A stretch of DNA of 64,000 bases from Candidatus Kaiserbacteria bacterium (GTDB taxonomy: Bacteria; Patescibacteriota; Minisyncoccia; Phycocordibacterales; UBA918), in NCBI GenBank assembly GCA_020428795.1, contig JAGQME010000002.1, positions 3,374 through 67,373 on the forward strand, in the 5' to 3' direction. The notes under the pieces were generated by a model that did no database searches, was not told the origin of the DNA, and was given only the letters and a program-made list of their open reading frames with translations. A program made the translations under genes and the position numbers. Every line of letters starts with the position of its first letter. The stretch's first letter is position 1. Below are positions 10,152 to 20,011 of this stretch, piece after piece.

Positions 10152-12950
10152 ATGAACAAAAAGTTTAATCCTCAGGACTTCGAAAAAAAATGGCAAGCTA
10201 AATGGGCTGAAGATAATGTCTATCACACCACGGAAAGTAAAAAGCCTAAGACTTTTGTTCTAGACATGTTTCCTTACCCTTCAGGTGAGGGTCTGCACGT
10301 TGGACATCCCAAAGGTTATATAGCCACCGATATCTACTCACGCTTTAAGCGAATGACAGGCCACGAAGTATTGCATCCAATGGGTTGGGACGCTTTTGGT
10401 CTGCCAGCCGAAAATTTTGCTATTAAGCATAAGGTTCATCCTAGGGTAGCGGTAGAAAAAAACGTAGCTCGCTTTAAAGAACAATTACAGGTGTTGGGTT
10501 TTGATTATGACTGGGAGAGAGAGATAAACACCACCGATCCAGAATACTATAAATGGACTCAGTGGATTTTTGTGCAGTTGTTTAAAAAAGGTCTGGCTTA
10601 TGAAAGTCATGAACCAATTAACTGGTGCCCCGGTTGTCAGACTGGGCTGGCCAACGAAGACCTAGAGTCAGACGGTACTTGCGAACGTTGTGGTTCGTTA
10701 GTAGAAAAACGACCGATGCGTCAATGGGTACTTAAAATACGATCGTACGCTGATCGTATGTTGGAAGACCTAGACAGTCTTAAATGGCCGGAACACATAA
10801 AAGAAGCTCAGCGTAACTGGATTGGCCGTAGCGAAGGAGCCGAAATTGATTTTAAGCTTTCCACTAAAGACAGAGTGACTGTTTTCACTACTCGTCCCGA
10901 TACGTTATTTGGAGTTACATATCTAGTATTAGCCCCCGAACATCCCTTAATTCAAAAAAACAAGAGCCAGGTATCAAACTGGGACGAAGTGATGCAATAC
11001 ATCGAACTAAGTACCAACAAAAAAGAGCAAGACCGGTTAGATGATACCAAGGAGAAAACTGGGGTTAAATTAGAGGGAATCACGGCTACCAATCCAGCAA
11101 ATAACGAAGAGATTCCGGTGTATATTGCTGATTACGTACTAGCTAGCTACGGAACAGGGGCGATTATGGCTGTACCGGCTCACGATGAGCGTGACTACGC
11201 CTTTGCCGAAAAATTTAACATTCCTATCAAACAAGTCGTCAGAAAAGTATTCGGGGAAACGTTACCAAACGCCATCCCTAGAGTAGCGGCTGGTGCAATC
11301 GTATATAATCCTAAGACTGAAAAATATCTTGTTTCATTTAGTCATGAATTTAATAAGCACAGCCCGTGGTTTGGTGGACTTGAAGACGGAGAAGACTTTT
11401 CTGAGACTGCTGTCAGAGAAACCTTGGAGGAAAGTGGTTATAAAACAAAGTTTATTAGATATATTGGTGACGAAGTAGAATCTCATTTTTATCACCCCGG
11501 CAAAGATTTGAATCGTTCTCTAATTAGTCGTATGTGTTTACTAGAAATTATCGATCAAGAGCCTATCACTGTCTCAGAGGAAGAAAAGAAAAAACAGGAA
11601 CCAGTCTGGTTAACAAAAGAAGAACTTGTCTCAAAGTTTACTGAAGAACGTGATTCCTACGATGTCTCAATGTTATTTGACCCACGTCCTTTTACAGGAA
11701 TGGGTAATGTTTGTAATTCTGATGAATTCGATGACCTAAGTTCTAAAGAAGCCAAAGTCGCCATTACTGAAAAAGTGGGCGGTAGAATGACAGCTACTTA
11801 CAAAATCCGTGATTGGGTATTCAGTCGCCAAAGATACTGGGGTGAGCCTATTCCGATTATTCACTGTGAAAAATGTGGACCGGTGGCTGTTCCAGAGGAT
11901 CAACTACCAGTCGTTTTACCGGAAGTTGAGCATTACGAGCCAACTGGTACCGGAGAATCCCCTTTAGCCAACATTACTGACTGGGTAAACACTACTTGTC
12001 CAGAATGCGGAGAAGGAGCTAAAAGAGAGACCAACACCATGCCTCAATGGGCTGGTTCATCGTGGTATTACTTAAGGTTTATGGATAATCACAACAACCA
12101 AGCCTTAGTGTCTAAAGAAAAAGAACAATACTGGGCGCCAGTGGATGTTTACGTTGGTGGTGACCACGCTGTTAGGCACTTGATTTATGCTCGCTTCTGG
12201 CACAAGTTTCTTTATGACCTAGGTGTAGTGTCCACTATTGAACCTTTTCAAAGATTAGAGTTTCTTGGCTTTATCTTGGCTGAAGACGGACGCAAAATGA
12301 GTAAACGCTGGGGAAATATTATTAATCCTGATGACATTGTTAAATTAGTTGGCGCCGACACCCTTCGAGTTTATGAAATGTTTATGGGTCCGTTTGAAAA
12401 CACCATCGCTTGGAGTCAGGACGGCTTGGTTGGCGCTCGGCGGTTTTTGGAAAGAGTAAATGGCTTAAGCGAACACTTTATTGATAATGAAAATGAATTA
12501 AGTGAGAGACAGTTACATAAAACTATCAAAAAAGTCTGCGATGACATAGAAGAATTCAAATTCAATACAGCTATCAGCGCCATGATGGTGTATGTCAACA
12601 CTGTTGAAAAAGAGGGATTAACTCAGACAGCTTACGAGACCTTTTTGAAATTATTGGCTCCATTTGCTCCTCATCTAACTGAAGAGTTATGGTACGGACT
12701 AGGGTACACAAAATCAATCCACCTAGAAAGTTATCCCAAATACGAGCAGACTTTGGTGGTTGATAATGAAGTAACTATCGGTGTACAGGTAAATGGTAGG
12801 GTACGAGGGAACATAACTATATCCACTAGCGCCTCCGAAGATGAAGCGATAGCTTTGGCAAAAACTGTCACCTCAATTAAATCTCATATAACTGGCAACA
12901 TTAAAAAAGTGATTTATAAACCGGCCAAGATACTAAATATTGTGATATAA
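10152..12950 (+). CDS. leuS: leucyl-tRNA synthetase carrying an internal Nudix-hydrolase domain insertion
   Basis: HVGHPKGY (HIGH), the editing-domain AHDERDY motif, and RDWVFSRQRYWGEPIPII. An inserted block (about aa 375-520) contains the Nudix box GGLEDGEDFSETAVRETLEESGY. Confidence 0.95.
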   Translation: MNKKFNPQDFEKKWQAKWAEDNVYHTTESKKPKTFVLDMFPYPSGEGLHVGHPKGYIATDIYSRFKRMTGHEVLHPMGWDAFGLPAENFAIKHKVHPRVAVEKNVARFKEQLQVLGFDYDWEREINTTDPEYYKWTQWIFVQLFKKGLAYESHEPINWCPGCQTGLANEDLESDGTCERCGSLVEKRPMRQWVLKIRSYADRMLEDLDSLKWPEHIKEAQRNWIGRSEGAEIDFKLSTKDRVTVFTTRPDTLFGVTYLVLAPEHPLIQKNKSQVSNWDEVMQYIELSTNKKEQDRLDDTKEKTGVKLEGITATNPANNEEIPVYIADYVLASYGTGAIMAVPAHDERDYAFAEKFNIPIKQVVRKVFGETLPNAIPRVAAGAIVYNPKTEKYLVSFSHEFNKHSPWFGGLEDGEDFSETAVRETLEESGYKTKFIRYIGDEVESHFYHPGKDLNRSLISRMCLLEIIDQEPITVSEEEKKKQEPVWLTKEELVSKFTEERDSYDVSMLFDPRPFTGMGNVCNSDEFDDLSSKEAKVAITEKVGGRMTATYKIRDWVFSRQRYWGEPIPIIHCEKCGPVAVPEDQLPVVLPEVEHYEPTGTGESPLANITDWVNTTCPECGEGAKRETNTMPQWAGSSWYYLRFMDNHNNQALVSKEKEQYWAPVDVYVGGDHAVRHLIYARFWHKFLYDLGVVSTIEPFQRLEFLGFILAEDGRKMSKRWGNIINPDDIVKLVGADTLRVYEMFMGPFENTIAWSQDGLVGARRFLERVNGLSEHFIDNENELSERQLHKTIKKVCDDIEEFKFNTAISAMMVYVNTVEKEGLTQTAYETFLKLLAPFAPHLTEELWYGLGYTKSIHLESYPKYEQTLVVDNEVTIGVQVNGRVRGNITISTSASEDEAIALAKTVTSIKSHITGNIKKVIYKPAKILNIVI

Positions 12951-12969
12951 ACATACTAAGACAATAGTG

Positions 12970-12998
12970 TTGACGTATGTCAAGTATCATGATAACAT
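12970..12998 (+). promoter_or_regulatory. putative promoter TTGACG-N17-TAACAT
   Basis: Read directly. It precedes an AAGGAG SD and the 13081 gene. Confidence 0.4.
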
Positions 12999-13080
12999 CA
13001 CCGGTAACTGTCGGGATGAAGGAGCAGATGATTGTTAAGATTATCTCAAAATATATAGATTCAAATAGATTAAATTAAAT

Positions 13081-14106
13081 ATGATTTCGTTTAAACCTAA
13101 ACAAGTAACCAAAAAACTCCTTAGCGTGCTCCCACCAAGAGCCCGCGATGTGCTTGAAAAGCGCTATGGATTAGGAGCTGATGGTGCCACTCACACCCTA
13201 GAATCGATTGGTCAATCGTACGGTATTACCCGTGAACGAGTACGCCAAATTGAAAACTACGGTATTCAATCAATCCAAAAGTCTGAGGTATATAATGAAT
13301 TCGAGTCAGTCTTTACTGAAATGCAAGAGATCATAAATAAATTAGGTGGCGGTATCGTAGCCGAGCACGTGATGTTGGAAGAATTGAGTAGTAATCAAGA
13401 CCTACGAAATCATATTTACTTTCTATTTGTAATTGGTCATCCTTTCTATAGATCAAAAGAAAGTCCAGCCTATACTCATCGCTGGTACACCGAAAAGAAG
13501 ATTGCTGACACTGTTGAACAGGCTCTAAAGAATGTAAAAAAATCATTGAATCGTGATGATCTAATAACCGAAGAAGAAATTATCAACCGTTTCCGTGAAG
13601 AATTGATTGATTTGACCGATAAGTACGATGAGCAAATCCTAAAGAGATGGCTTCTAATCTCTAAAGACATCGCTTCAAACCCGCTTGGAGAATGGGGTCA
13701 CTCAGCTAGTCCAAATGTAAAAGTAAAAGGAATCCGTGATTACGCTTATTTGGTAGTTAAGCGACATGGCTCACCAATGCACTTTAGAGAAGTGGCAGAA
13801 GCGATCGAAGCTTTGTTTTCTAAAAAAGCCCATACGGCCACCACTCATAACGAACTAATAAAAGACGAAAGATTTGTTTTGGTTGGTAGGGGATTATATG
13901 CCCTCACTGAATGGGGTTACTCAGCGGGAGTTGTTAAAGATGTGTTAAGAGATATTCTTGAGCAACACGGTCCGCTTACCAAAGAAGAAATAATCGACAA
14001 GGTCAGAAAAGAACGCTATGTAAAAGACAACACCATTGTTGTTAACCTCCAAGACGTGAATTTATTTAAACGCCATAGCAACGGGACCTACTCATTGTCT
14101 GAATAA
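13081..14106 (+). CDS. sigma-70 region-4-like HTH DNA-binding protein with a C-terminal extension of unknown function
   Basis: LPPRARDVLEKRYGL...TLESIGQSYGITRERVRQIENYG is a classic sigma70_r4 helix-turn-helix. The remaining ~270 aa are uncharacterised. Confidence 0.55.
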   Translation: MISFKPKQVTKKLLSVLPPRARDVLEKRYGLGADGATHTLESIGQSYGITRERVRQIENYGIQSIQKSEVYNEFESVFTEMQEIINKLGGGIVAEHVMLEELSSNQDLRNHIYFLFVIGHPFYRSKESPAYTHRWYTEKKIADTVEQALKNVKKSLNRDDLITEEEIINRFREELIDLTDKYDEQILKRWLLISKDIASNPLGEWGHSASPNVKVKGIRDYAYLVVKRHGSPMHFREVAEAIEALFSKKAHTATTHNELIKDERFVLVGRGLYALTEWGYSAGVVKDVLRDILEQHGPLTKEEIIDKVRKERYVKDNTIVVNLQDVNLFKRHSNGTYSLSE

Positions 14107-14124
14107 TGAAACACTAGTTATCCA

Positions 14125-14159
14125 AGCAGCCCTCATTTTTAAAGAAAATGAGGGCTGCT
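14125..14159 (+). terminator. 14-bp perfect stem-loop (gcagccctcatttt-taaag-aaaatgagggctgc)
   Basis: Inverted repeat read directly, immediately after the stop of the 13081 gene. It overlaps the first ATG of the downstream ORF. Confidence 0.5.
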
Positions 14160-14162
14160 TTG

Positions 14163-15539
14163 ATGTACAATATACTGAATAGTATGGAAAAAATTCCGAT
14201 CATCGGTCCAATTTATAGTTTTTTTGGCGGGGAAGATATAGACATCGGTGTCTTCATTGCAATATTTGGTGTAATCCTGATCATCTACGGTCTTAGCTAC
14301 TTTGGGGTTGGTGAATCAAAAGTTGTCACCATTATGTTTGCTCTTAGTCCAATCTGGCTCCCAATAATGGCTTTTAATGTATTTTTTAGCAAATGGATGG
14401 ACACGGTTGGTCTATCATTTTATGTTTACAACGGTCGCACCACTCTTGAAATAAAATTGCCACCTGAAGTTTTTAAGTCTCCAGAAGCCATGGAGACAGT
14501 GATTGCTCAAATACACAACGTAGCTACTCCTGACAACTTAATGCAAACCTATATTGATGGTAAAAGGCCACTACCATATTCTCTGGAATTAGTCTCAACC
14601 GAAGGAGAGGTTAAGTTTTATGTAAACCTACCAACCAAAAAGACAACCGAGGCTTTTAAGGTTAGTCTTTACAGTCAGTACCCTGGAGTCGAGATTCATG
14701 AGGTAGCGCTAGATTACACTGCTCAAATTCCTAGTGATTTGAAGGGCTATAATTTGATGGGTTTTCATATGGGTAAGAAAAAGGATTCAGCCTATCCGAT
14801 AAAAAGCTACTATGAGTTTGGTCTAGATAAACTACCTAAGGAGGAGGAGAAACTCGATCCAATGACTCCGATGCTAGAAGCGCTTGGTTCTTTTAAAAAG
14901 AATGAGCATCTTTGGATTCAAATTTTGATCACCCCCCATCGTGAGAAAAGTTTTAAATTCGGGCAACTAAGAAGCGGTCCTAATTGGGAGCCAGCAGCTA
15001 GAGCTCAGATTGACAAAATAATGAACCGAGACCCAGCAACCAAACGGGCCGCTGGTATGGACGATCAGGAGTTTGGTATGACCTTACTCTCACCGGGTGA
15101 GCGGAGTACCTTAGAAGCTATGGAATTAAATCTCGAAAAGTACCCTTACGAAACTGGTATCAGATGGGTTTATATCGCACCGGAAGACAAATACCGATTC
15201 GACGCTATTTCAATGATGATCAGAACTTTCAGTCAGTGGGATGTATTAGGTCGAAACGCCATTGGAGTGAGGTGGCGAACCGACTTTAACTACAAGGCCT
15301 TATCAGACCCACTTGGTAGCCGACTTAAGGTCTGGAAAAAGGAAGAATTACAAAGATATAAGCTAAGAAAATACCTACCTCGCTCTGGAGCAGACCAAGA
15401 GAAAATATTTACTTCACTCGAATTAGCTACCATGTATCACTTACCAGGTAAGGTGGCTATCACCCCAGGCATAGACAGAATCACCTCAACCAGAAGCGAG
15501 GCGCCAAGCAATCTGCCGATTGGAAATTACGAACAATAA
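14163..15539 (+). CDS. hypothetical membrane protein
   Basis: Two N-terminal TM helices followed by a ~380-aa soluble domain. The start is taken as the ATG at 14163 because the ORF-track start at 14148 lies inside the hairpin. Confidence 0.5.
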   Translation: MYNILNSMEKIPIIGPIYSFFGGEDIDIGVFIAIFGVILIIYGLSYFGVGESKVVTIMFALSPIWLPIMAFNVFFSKWMDTVGLSFYVYNGRTTLEIKLPPEVFKSPEAMETVIAQIHNVATPDNLMQTYIDGKRPLPYSLELVSTEGEVKFYVNLPTKKTTEAFKVSLYSQYPGVEIHEVALDYTAQIPSDLKGYNLMGFHMGKKKDSAYPIKSYYEFGLDKLPKEEEKLDPMTPMLEALGSFKKNEHLWIQILITPHREKSFKFGQLRSGPNWEPAARAQIDKIMNRDPATKRAAGMDDQEFGMTLLSPGERSTLEAMELNLEKYPYETGIRWVYIAPEDKYRFDAISMMIRTFSQWDVLGRNAIGVRWRTDFNYKALSDPLGSRLKVWKKEELQRYKLRKYLPRSGADQEKIFTSLELATMYHLPGKVAITPGIDRITSTRSEAPSNLPIGNYEQ

Positions 15540-15547
15540 TTGATTAT

Positions 15548-16561
15548 ATGACTGAAAATGAAATATTTGATTTTGAGACATCTTCTTCATCGTATAAACC
15601 TAAAAAAAATCTAAAGAAGAGCGCTGTCTTAATGATAATAATCCTGATTAACTTGGTGCTTTTTGTCATTTACTTAATCAGCCTAACCAAGCCACCTCAT
15701 GCCTTCCATGATGATTCCGTATTTGAAATTGAAAATGGAATGTCAGTTAGTCAGATAGTAAAGAAGGCCAAGGATGATAATTTTGTTAAATCCGAATTGA
15801 TATTATACATAATATTGACCTACTACCATGAGCCAACCGAACTCTACGCTGGTGTTTATCATTTTCCTAACCCCGTAACAGTTAGTGGCTTCGCTAAAAA
15901 AATTGCTTCCGGCGAAATTCAGCACGAAAATATTCCTATCACCATACCGGAAGGTACCAGAGTGACTAAAATTGCCGAGATCACCAAGAAAGCTTTGCCA
16001 AACTTTGACGACAAAGCCTTTATCACCCTAGCTGAACCATATGAAGGTTATTTATTTCCTGAAACCTACTTCATTACCAAAGATTACGATTACCAACTTT
16101 TATTTGAACTTTTGACGGAAACGTTTAAGAATAAATTAGTACCGTACGAGTCTGGGATTGCTTCTTCTAGCCTGTCTTTAAATGACATAGTTATACTAGC
16201 CTCAGTTATAGAAAGGGAAGCCAATGACCCTGACTCTATGCGAATGGTATCGGGAATTCTGCAAAATCGGCTAGCTATCAATATGCCCCTACAGGCGGAT
16301 GCATCTATTGAATATGTCTTAGACAAACCACTAAATGAGCTAACTGCCGATGATCTAAAGATTGAATCGCCGTATAACACTTACCTAAACCAAGGTTTGC
16401 CACCGACCCCAATCGGTAACCCAGGTCTAGAGGCTATTTTAGCTGTCTTAGAACCAGCTCAAACAGATGACTTATTTTATATAACCGGTAACGACGGCGA
16501 ATTTTACTACGCTAAGACATTTGACGAACATCGACTTAATATTGCACGTTACCTAAAATAA
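15548..16561 (+). CDS. mltG: endolytic murein transglycosylase MltG (YceG family)
   Basis: N-terminal TM anchor and the C-terminal LPPTPIGNPGLEAI motif characteristic of YceG/MltG. Confidence 0.8.
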   Translation: MTENEIFDFETSSSSYKPKKNLKKSAVLMIIILINLVLFVIYLISLTKPPHAFHDDSVFEIENGMSVSQIVKKAKDDNFVKSELILYIILTYYHEPTELYAGVYHFPNPVTVSGFAKKIASGEIQHENIPITIPEGTRVTKIAEITKKALPNFDDKAFITLAEPYEGYLFPETYFITKDYDYQLLFELLTETFKNKLVPYESGIASSSLSLNDIVILASVIEREANDPDSMRMVSGILQNRLAINMPLQADASIEYVLDKPLNELTADDLKIESPYNTYLNQGLPPTPIGNPGLEAILAVLEPAQTDDLFYITGNDGEFYYAKTFDEHRLNIARYLK

Positions 16562-16601
16562 TCGGTTTGTTTAAGGAGTAGTCATATGCTAATTTACGCA
16601 C

Positions 16602-17672
16602 ATGAAAAACGAAAAAGAGACAGTATTCGTTGGGCTATCAGGTGGAGTTGATTCGTCAGTAGCCGCTCTTAGACTCCTAAAGCAAGGCTATTTTGTAGTT
16701 GGGGTTTTTATTAAGGTCTGGCAACCAGACTGGCTAAAGTGCAACTGGGAGGAGGAAAGGCTTGATGCCATGCGTGTGGCCGCTAAATTGAAAATTCCTT
16801 TTTTAACCTGTGACAGTGAACAAGCCTATAAACAAGAGGTGGCCGATTATTTTATAAATGAATACAAACAAGGTCGGACTCCCAACCCAGATGTAATGTG
16901 CAATAAATACGTTAAGTTTGGTAGCTTTTTAGATTTTGCCAAAAAGCACGGCGCTGACTACGTAGCTACTGGCCACTACGCTAGAAAAATACCATTTGAA
17001 ACAAAGGTGGGATCATACCTTGGTCGAGGAGCAGATAACAATAAAGATCAATCATACTTTCTCTGGACCCTGACCAAGGATCAAATAGAAAAAATATTGT
17101 TACCAGTCGGTGACTCGACTAAGGCAGAAATTAGGCAAGAAGCTAAGAAGGCTGGACTATTAACTAGCGACAAAAAAGACAGTCAGGGGGTTTGCTTTTT
17201 GGGTCACATAGATATAGCTGAGTTTTTGAGTCATTATATTGATTTAAAAACCGGTGATGTTCTAAATGAAGCTGGCGCAAAGATTGGTCAACATAAGGGC
17301 GCAATTATTTACACCACTGGTCAAAGACATGGTTTTGAAGTTTTTAACAAAGAGGCAGATTCTGAACCTCAGTACGTAATCAATAGAGATATCATAAGCA
17401 ACACAATTACCGTTTCCAATCAAAAACCAACCTTGGAGCGAAAAAACATCCGACTTAATGACTGTAGCTGGGTTAATGAACCACCTAAAGTCGGCCAAGA
17501 ATATTACATTCAAACTCGTTATAGACAAACTCCGGTTTTGGCCACCGTAGAATCGACAATAGACAATCAAGTCAAATTAAAGGTAGATAACACGACCGAT
17601 GAGCCGACTGCCGGTCAATCATGTGTACTATATAATGATCATATCTGTATCGGAGGTGGTATCATTTCCTAA
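16602..17672 (+). CDS. mnmA: tRNA-specific 2-thiouridylase MnmA
   Basis: VGLSGGVDSSVAA PP-loop, plus the CNKYVKF and GHYAR motifs. Confidence 0.9.
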   Translation: MKNEKETVFVGLSGGVDSSVAALRLLKQGYFVVGVFIKVWQPDWLKCNWEEERLDAMRVAAKLKIPFLTCDSEQAYKQEVADYFINEYKQGRTPNPDVMCNKYVKFGSFLDFAKKHGADYVATGHYARKIPFETKVGSYLGRGADNNKDQSYFLWTLTKDQIEKILLPVGDSTKAEIRQEAKKAGLLTSDKKDSQGVCFLGHIDIAEFLSHYIDLKTGDVLNEAGAKIGQHKGAIIYTTGQRHGFEVFNKEADSEPQYVINRDIISNTITVSNQKPTLERKNIRLNDCSWVNEPPKVGQEYYIQTRYRQTPVLATVESTIDNQVKLKVDNTTDEPTAGQSCVLYNDHICIGGGIIS

Positions 17673-18517
17673 TGCCAATCAACGTAATAAAAGCCGACGG
17701 GTCAACTGAGGAGTTTGTGGTTTCAAAGCTTCAGAAATCATTAAGACGAGCGGGGGCCAATCGGGATGAAATAGCTAGTATTGTTTCTGAAATAGAAGCA
17801 ATTATGCACGACGGTATTAGAACCCAAGAGATATATCGTAAGGCTTTTGAATTATTGAGATCCAGTAAAGCTCCGGTATCGGCTAGGTATTCTATGCGTA
17901 GAGCTTTATTTGGACTTGGGCCAACCGGTTTTCCGTTTGAGGATTTTTTAGCGAGGATATTTGAGGCCGAAGGTTATAAAACCAAGACCAGAGTCACTTT
18001 AAAGGGACGTTGTGCCGAGCATGAATTAGACGTAGCGGCTTATAATGAGAAGCACAGTTTTGTAGCTGAGGCAAAATTTCACTCTAGACCCGGCATGAAG
18101 TCTGATCTTCAAGTAGCTTTATACTCCTATGCCCGCCTAATAGACTTAGAAGCAGTAAGCATTTGCTCTGATGATGTCTGCAAAATATCTGAGCTAATGA
18201 TTGTCACTAATACAAAATTTACTAGTTCTGCTGAAAAATATGCAAATTGCACAGGATTGACTCTCCTCAGCTGGAATTATCCCAAAAACAACAATCTTCA
18301 CGACCGAATCCAGCGGGCTGGAATTTATCCAATTACAGTCTTACAGTCCCTCTCTCAGACACAAAAACAGGCCTTGATAAAAATCGGGGTCATAACCTGT
18401 AAAGATATACTTAAAGAACCTCAAATTCTTAAGCGACTACATCTAAGTTCCACCAGGGCCGAAGAGGTGGTTAAAGAAGCAACAGAGCTTTGTACTCAAA
18501 AAAGCAAAACCGTTTAA
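17672..18517 (+). CDS. ATP-cone domain fused to an Mrr-like PD-(D/E)XK restriction-endonuclease-fold domain
   Basis: The N-terminal ~90 aa resemble the NrdR/ATP-cone. FEDFLARIFEAEGY...ELDVAAY...VAEAKF supplies the D...ExK catalytic pattern. The C-terminal ~90 aa are a possible HhH-like module. Confidence 0.6.
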   Translation: MPINVIKADGSTEEFVVSKLQKSLRRAGANRDEIASIVSEIEAIMHDGIRTQEIYRKAFELLRSSKAPVSARYSMRRALFGLGPTGFPFEDFLARIFEAEGYKTKTRVTLKGRCAEHELDVAAYNEKHSFVAEAKFHSRPGMKSDLQVALYSYARLIDLEAVSICSDDVCKISELMIVTNTKFTSSAEKYANCTGLTLLSWNYPKNNNLHDRIQRAGIYPITVLQSLSQTQKQALIKIGVITCKDILKEPQILKRLHLSSTRAEEVVKEATELCTQKSKTV

Positions 18518-18530
18518 AACGGTTTTTGTC
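18505..18530 (+). terminator. rho-independent terminator (aaaaccg-tttaaaa-cggttttt)
   Basis: Hairpin plus T-run overlapping the stop codon of the 17672 gene. Confidence 0.55.
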
Positions 18531-18596
18531 AATCCACAACCTCAATATGGCTATGCTATAATCGCTGTCATATAAGGATTATATACAGTTTTTAGT

Positions 18597-19151
18597 ATGT
18601 CAGAACAAGAAAAACAGGAGGGTCAAAAGACAGTAGTAGCGTTTATTGCTGGTCTTTTGATTGGTGGATTATTAGTATGGATATTTGGTGGCAACCCTTC
18701 AGACGTAAACAATGACGATTTAACTCTAGAAGATGACTCAGTTGAACAGGTTGACCAAAAGGAAAACCAAACCGGTTCAGCCATGATGGAAAAAGAAGAC
18801 ACCGTGGTTGCTGAGGATAATAAACCTGAATTAGTTACTGGCGAAGGTAAAGTCAGTATCGGTAACCAAGAAGCTGGCAATATCGTTACTCTTGAAAGCG
18901 TCACCTTTCCTCTAGATGAGGGCTGGATTGCTGTCCGTTCATACAATGATGAGCAATTAGGAAATATCCTAGGCGCTTCAAGATTTAGTAAAGAGCAAGG
19001 TCTTGTCCCACAAGCAATACAATTGTTGGCACCGACTGTTTCTGGAACAACTTACGCTATTGTATTCTTTACAGAAAATGGCGACCGGACTTTCAATTTA
19101 GCCAACGATGTGCAAATAGACGGAGTGTTTGCTACTTTTGAGGCTAAATAA
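18597..19151 (+). CDS. hypothetical membrane-anchored protein
   Basis: N-terminal TM (VVAFIAGLLIGGLLVWIFG) and an acidic soluble C-terminal region. Confidence 0.5.
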   Translation: MSEQEKQEGQKTVVAFIAGLLIGGLLVWIFGGNPSDVNNDDLTLEDDSVEQVDQKENQTGSAMMEKEDTVVAEDNKPELVTGEGKVSIGNQEAGNIVTLESVTFPLDEGWIAVRSYNDEQLGNILGASRFSKEQGLVPQAIQLLAPTVSGTTYAIVFFTENGDRTFNLANDVQIDGVFATFEAK

Positions 19152-19167
19152 ACCAAAATTTAATAAA

Positions 19168-19209
19168 CACAACGTAAAATGAGCCTGATCAGGCTCATTT
19201 TACGTTGTG
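19168..19209. terminator. 42-nt perfect palindrome (cacaacgtaaaatgagcc tgatca ggctcattttacgttgtg) overlapping an extended -10 (TGcTATAAT)
   Basis: Read directly. It probably terminates the 18597 gene. The TATAAT lies immediately 3' of it. Confidence 0.5.
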
Positions 19210-19222
19210 CTATAATCTAAAA

Positions 19223-20008
19223 ATGGCTGAATACATAAACAGATACAACCCCAACCGTGGTAGTGACTGGAATTACGGAGGTTCAAAATGGCGATTATCA
19301 CGTTCGAAAATAGACTTATTTCATGAGTGTCCTCGCTGTTTTTACATAGACAACAAGCTAGGCACCAAACGGCCCAGTTTTCCAAGTTTTAACCTAAATA
19401 TAGCCGTAGACACTCTGTTTAAAAATGAGTTTGATACATATCGCAAAAAGCAAACATCTCACCCGATAATGAGCGAATATGATATTGAGGCCGTACCGTA
19501 CAGCCACCCTGATCTGGACAAATGGCGAGACAACTTTGTCGGCATTGAATATCACGATAAAGAGACAGGATTAGTGGTGTCAGGAGCCATTGATGATGTG
19601 TGGGTAAACAAGGGCGGTGAACTGATTGTGGTTGATTATAAATCCACTTCTAAAGAATCAAGAATAGAAAAACTAGGCGACAGTCCTTGGGAAACTCAGT
19701 ACGTTAGACAATTAGGAGTTTACAAATGGCTTTTTGAACAAAACGGATATAAAGTAAGTGATACAGGCTACCTTGTTTATGCCAACGGAATAGCTAACAA
19801 AGAAGCTTTTGCCAACAAACTAGAATTTGAGACTACCCTTATTAGCTGTTCACTTGATATCAGCTGGATACCAGACACACTCAGTGACATAAAGAACGTT
19901 CTTGAGGCTTCAGATTTTCCGGCGGTTGGTCAATTTTGTGAATTCTGTCCCTACCGAGAAGCGGCCGGAAAGAAATTATTGGCTATACATAATGGTAAAC
20001 AAAAATAA
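19223..20008 (+). CDS. Cas4/RecB-like PD-(D/E)XK nuclease with four Cys (probable Fe-S cluster)
   Basis: GAIDDV...ELIVVDYKS (D/ExK), the QYVRQLGVYKW QxxxY motif, N-terminal CPRC and C-terminal CEFCPY. The start is taken at MAEYINRY. Confidence 0.5.
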   Translation: MAEYINRYNPNRGSDWNYGGSKWRLSRSKIDLFHECPRCFYIDNKLGTKRPSFPSFNLNIAVDTLFKNEFDTYRKKQTSHPIMSEYDIEAVPYSHPDLDKWRDNFVGIEYHDKETGLVVSGAIDDVWVNKGGELIVVDYKSTSKESRIEKLGDSPWETQYVRQLGVYKWLFEQNGYKVSDTGYLVYANGIANKEAFANKLEFETTLISCSLDISWIPDTLSDIKNVLEASDFPAVGQFCEFCPYREAAGKKLLAIHNGKQK

Positions 20009-20011
20009 ATT

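Noticed and set aside
13021-13080. 16-codon mini-ORF (MIVKIISKYIDSNRLN) with an AAGGAGC SD directly upstream of the 13081 gene
   Set aside because: It could be a leader peptide. It is equally likely to be a chance ORF in AT-rich leader sequence, and there is no attenuator structure linking it to the downstream gene.
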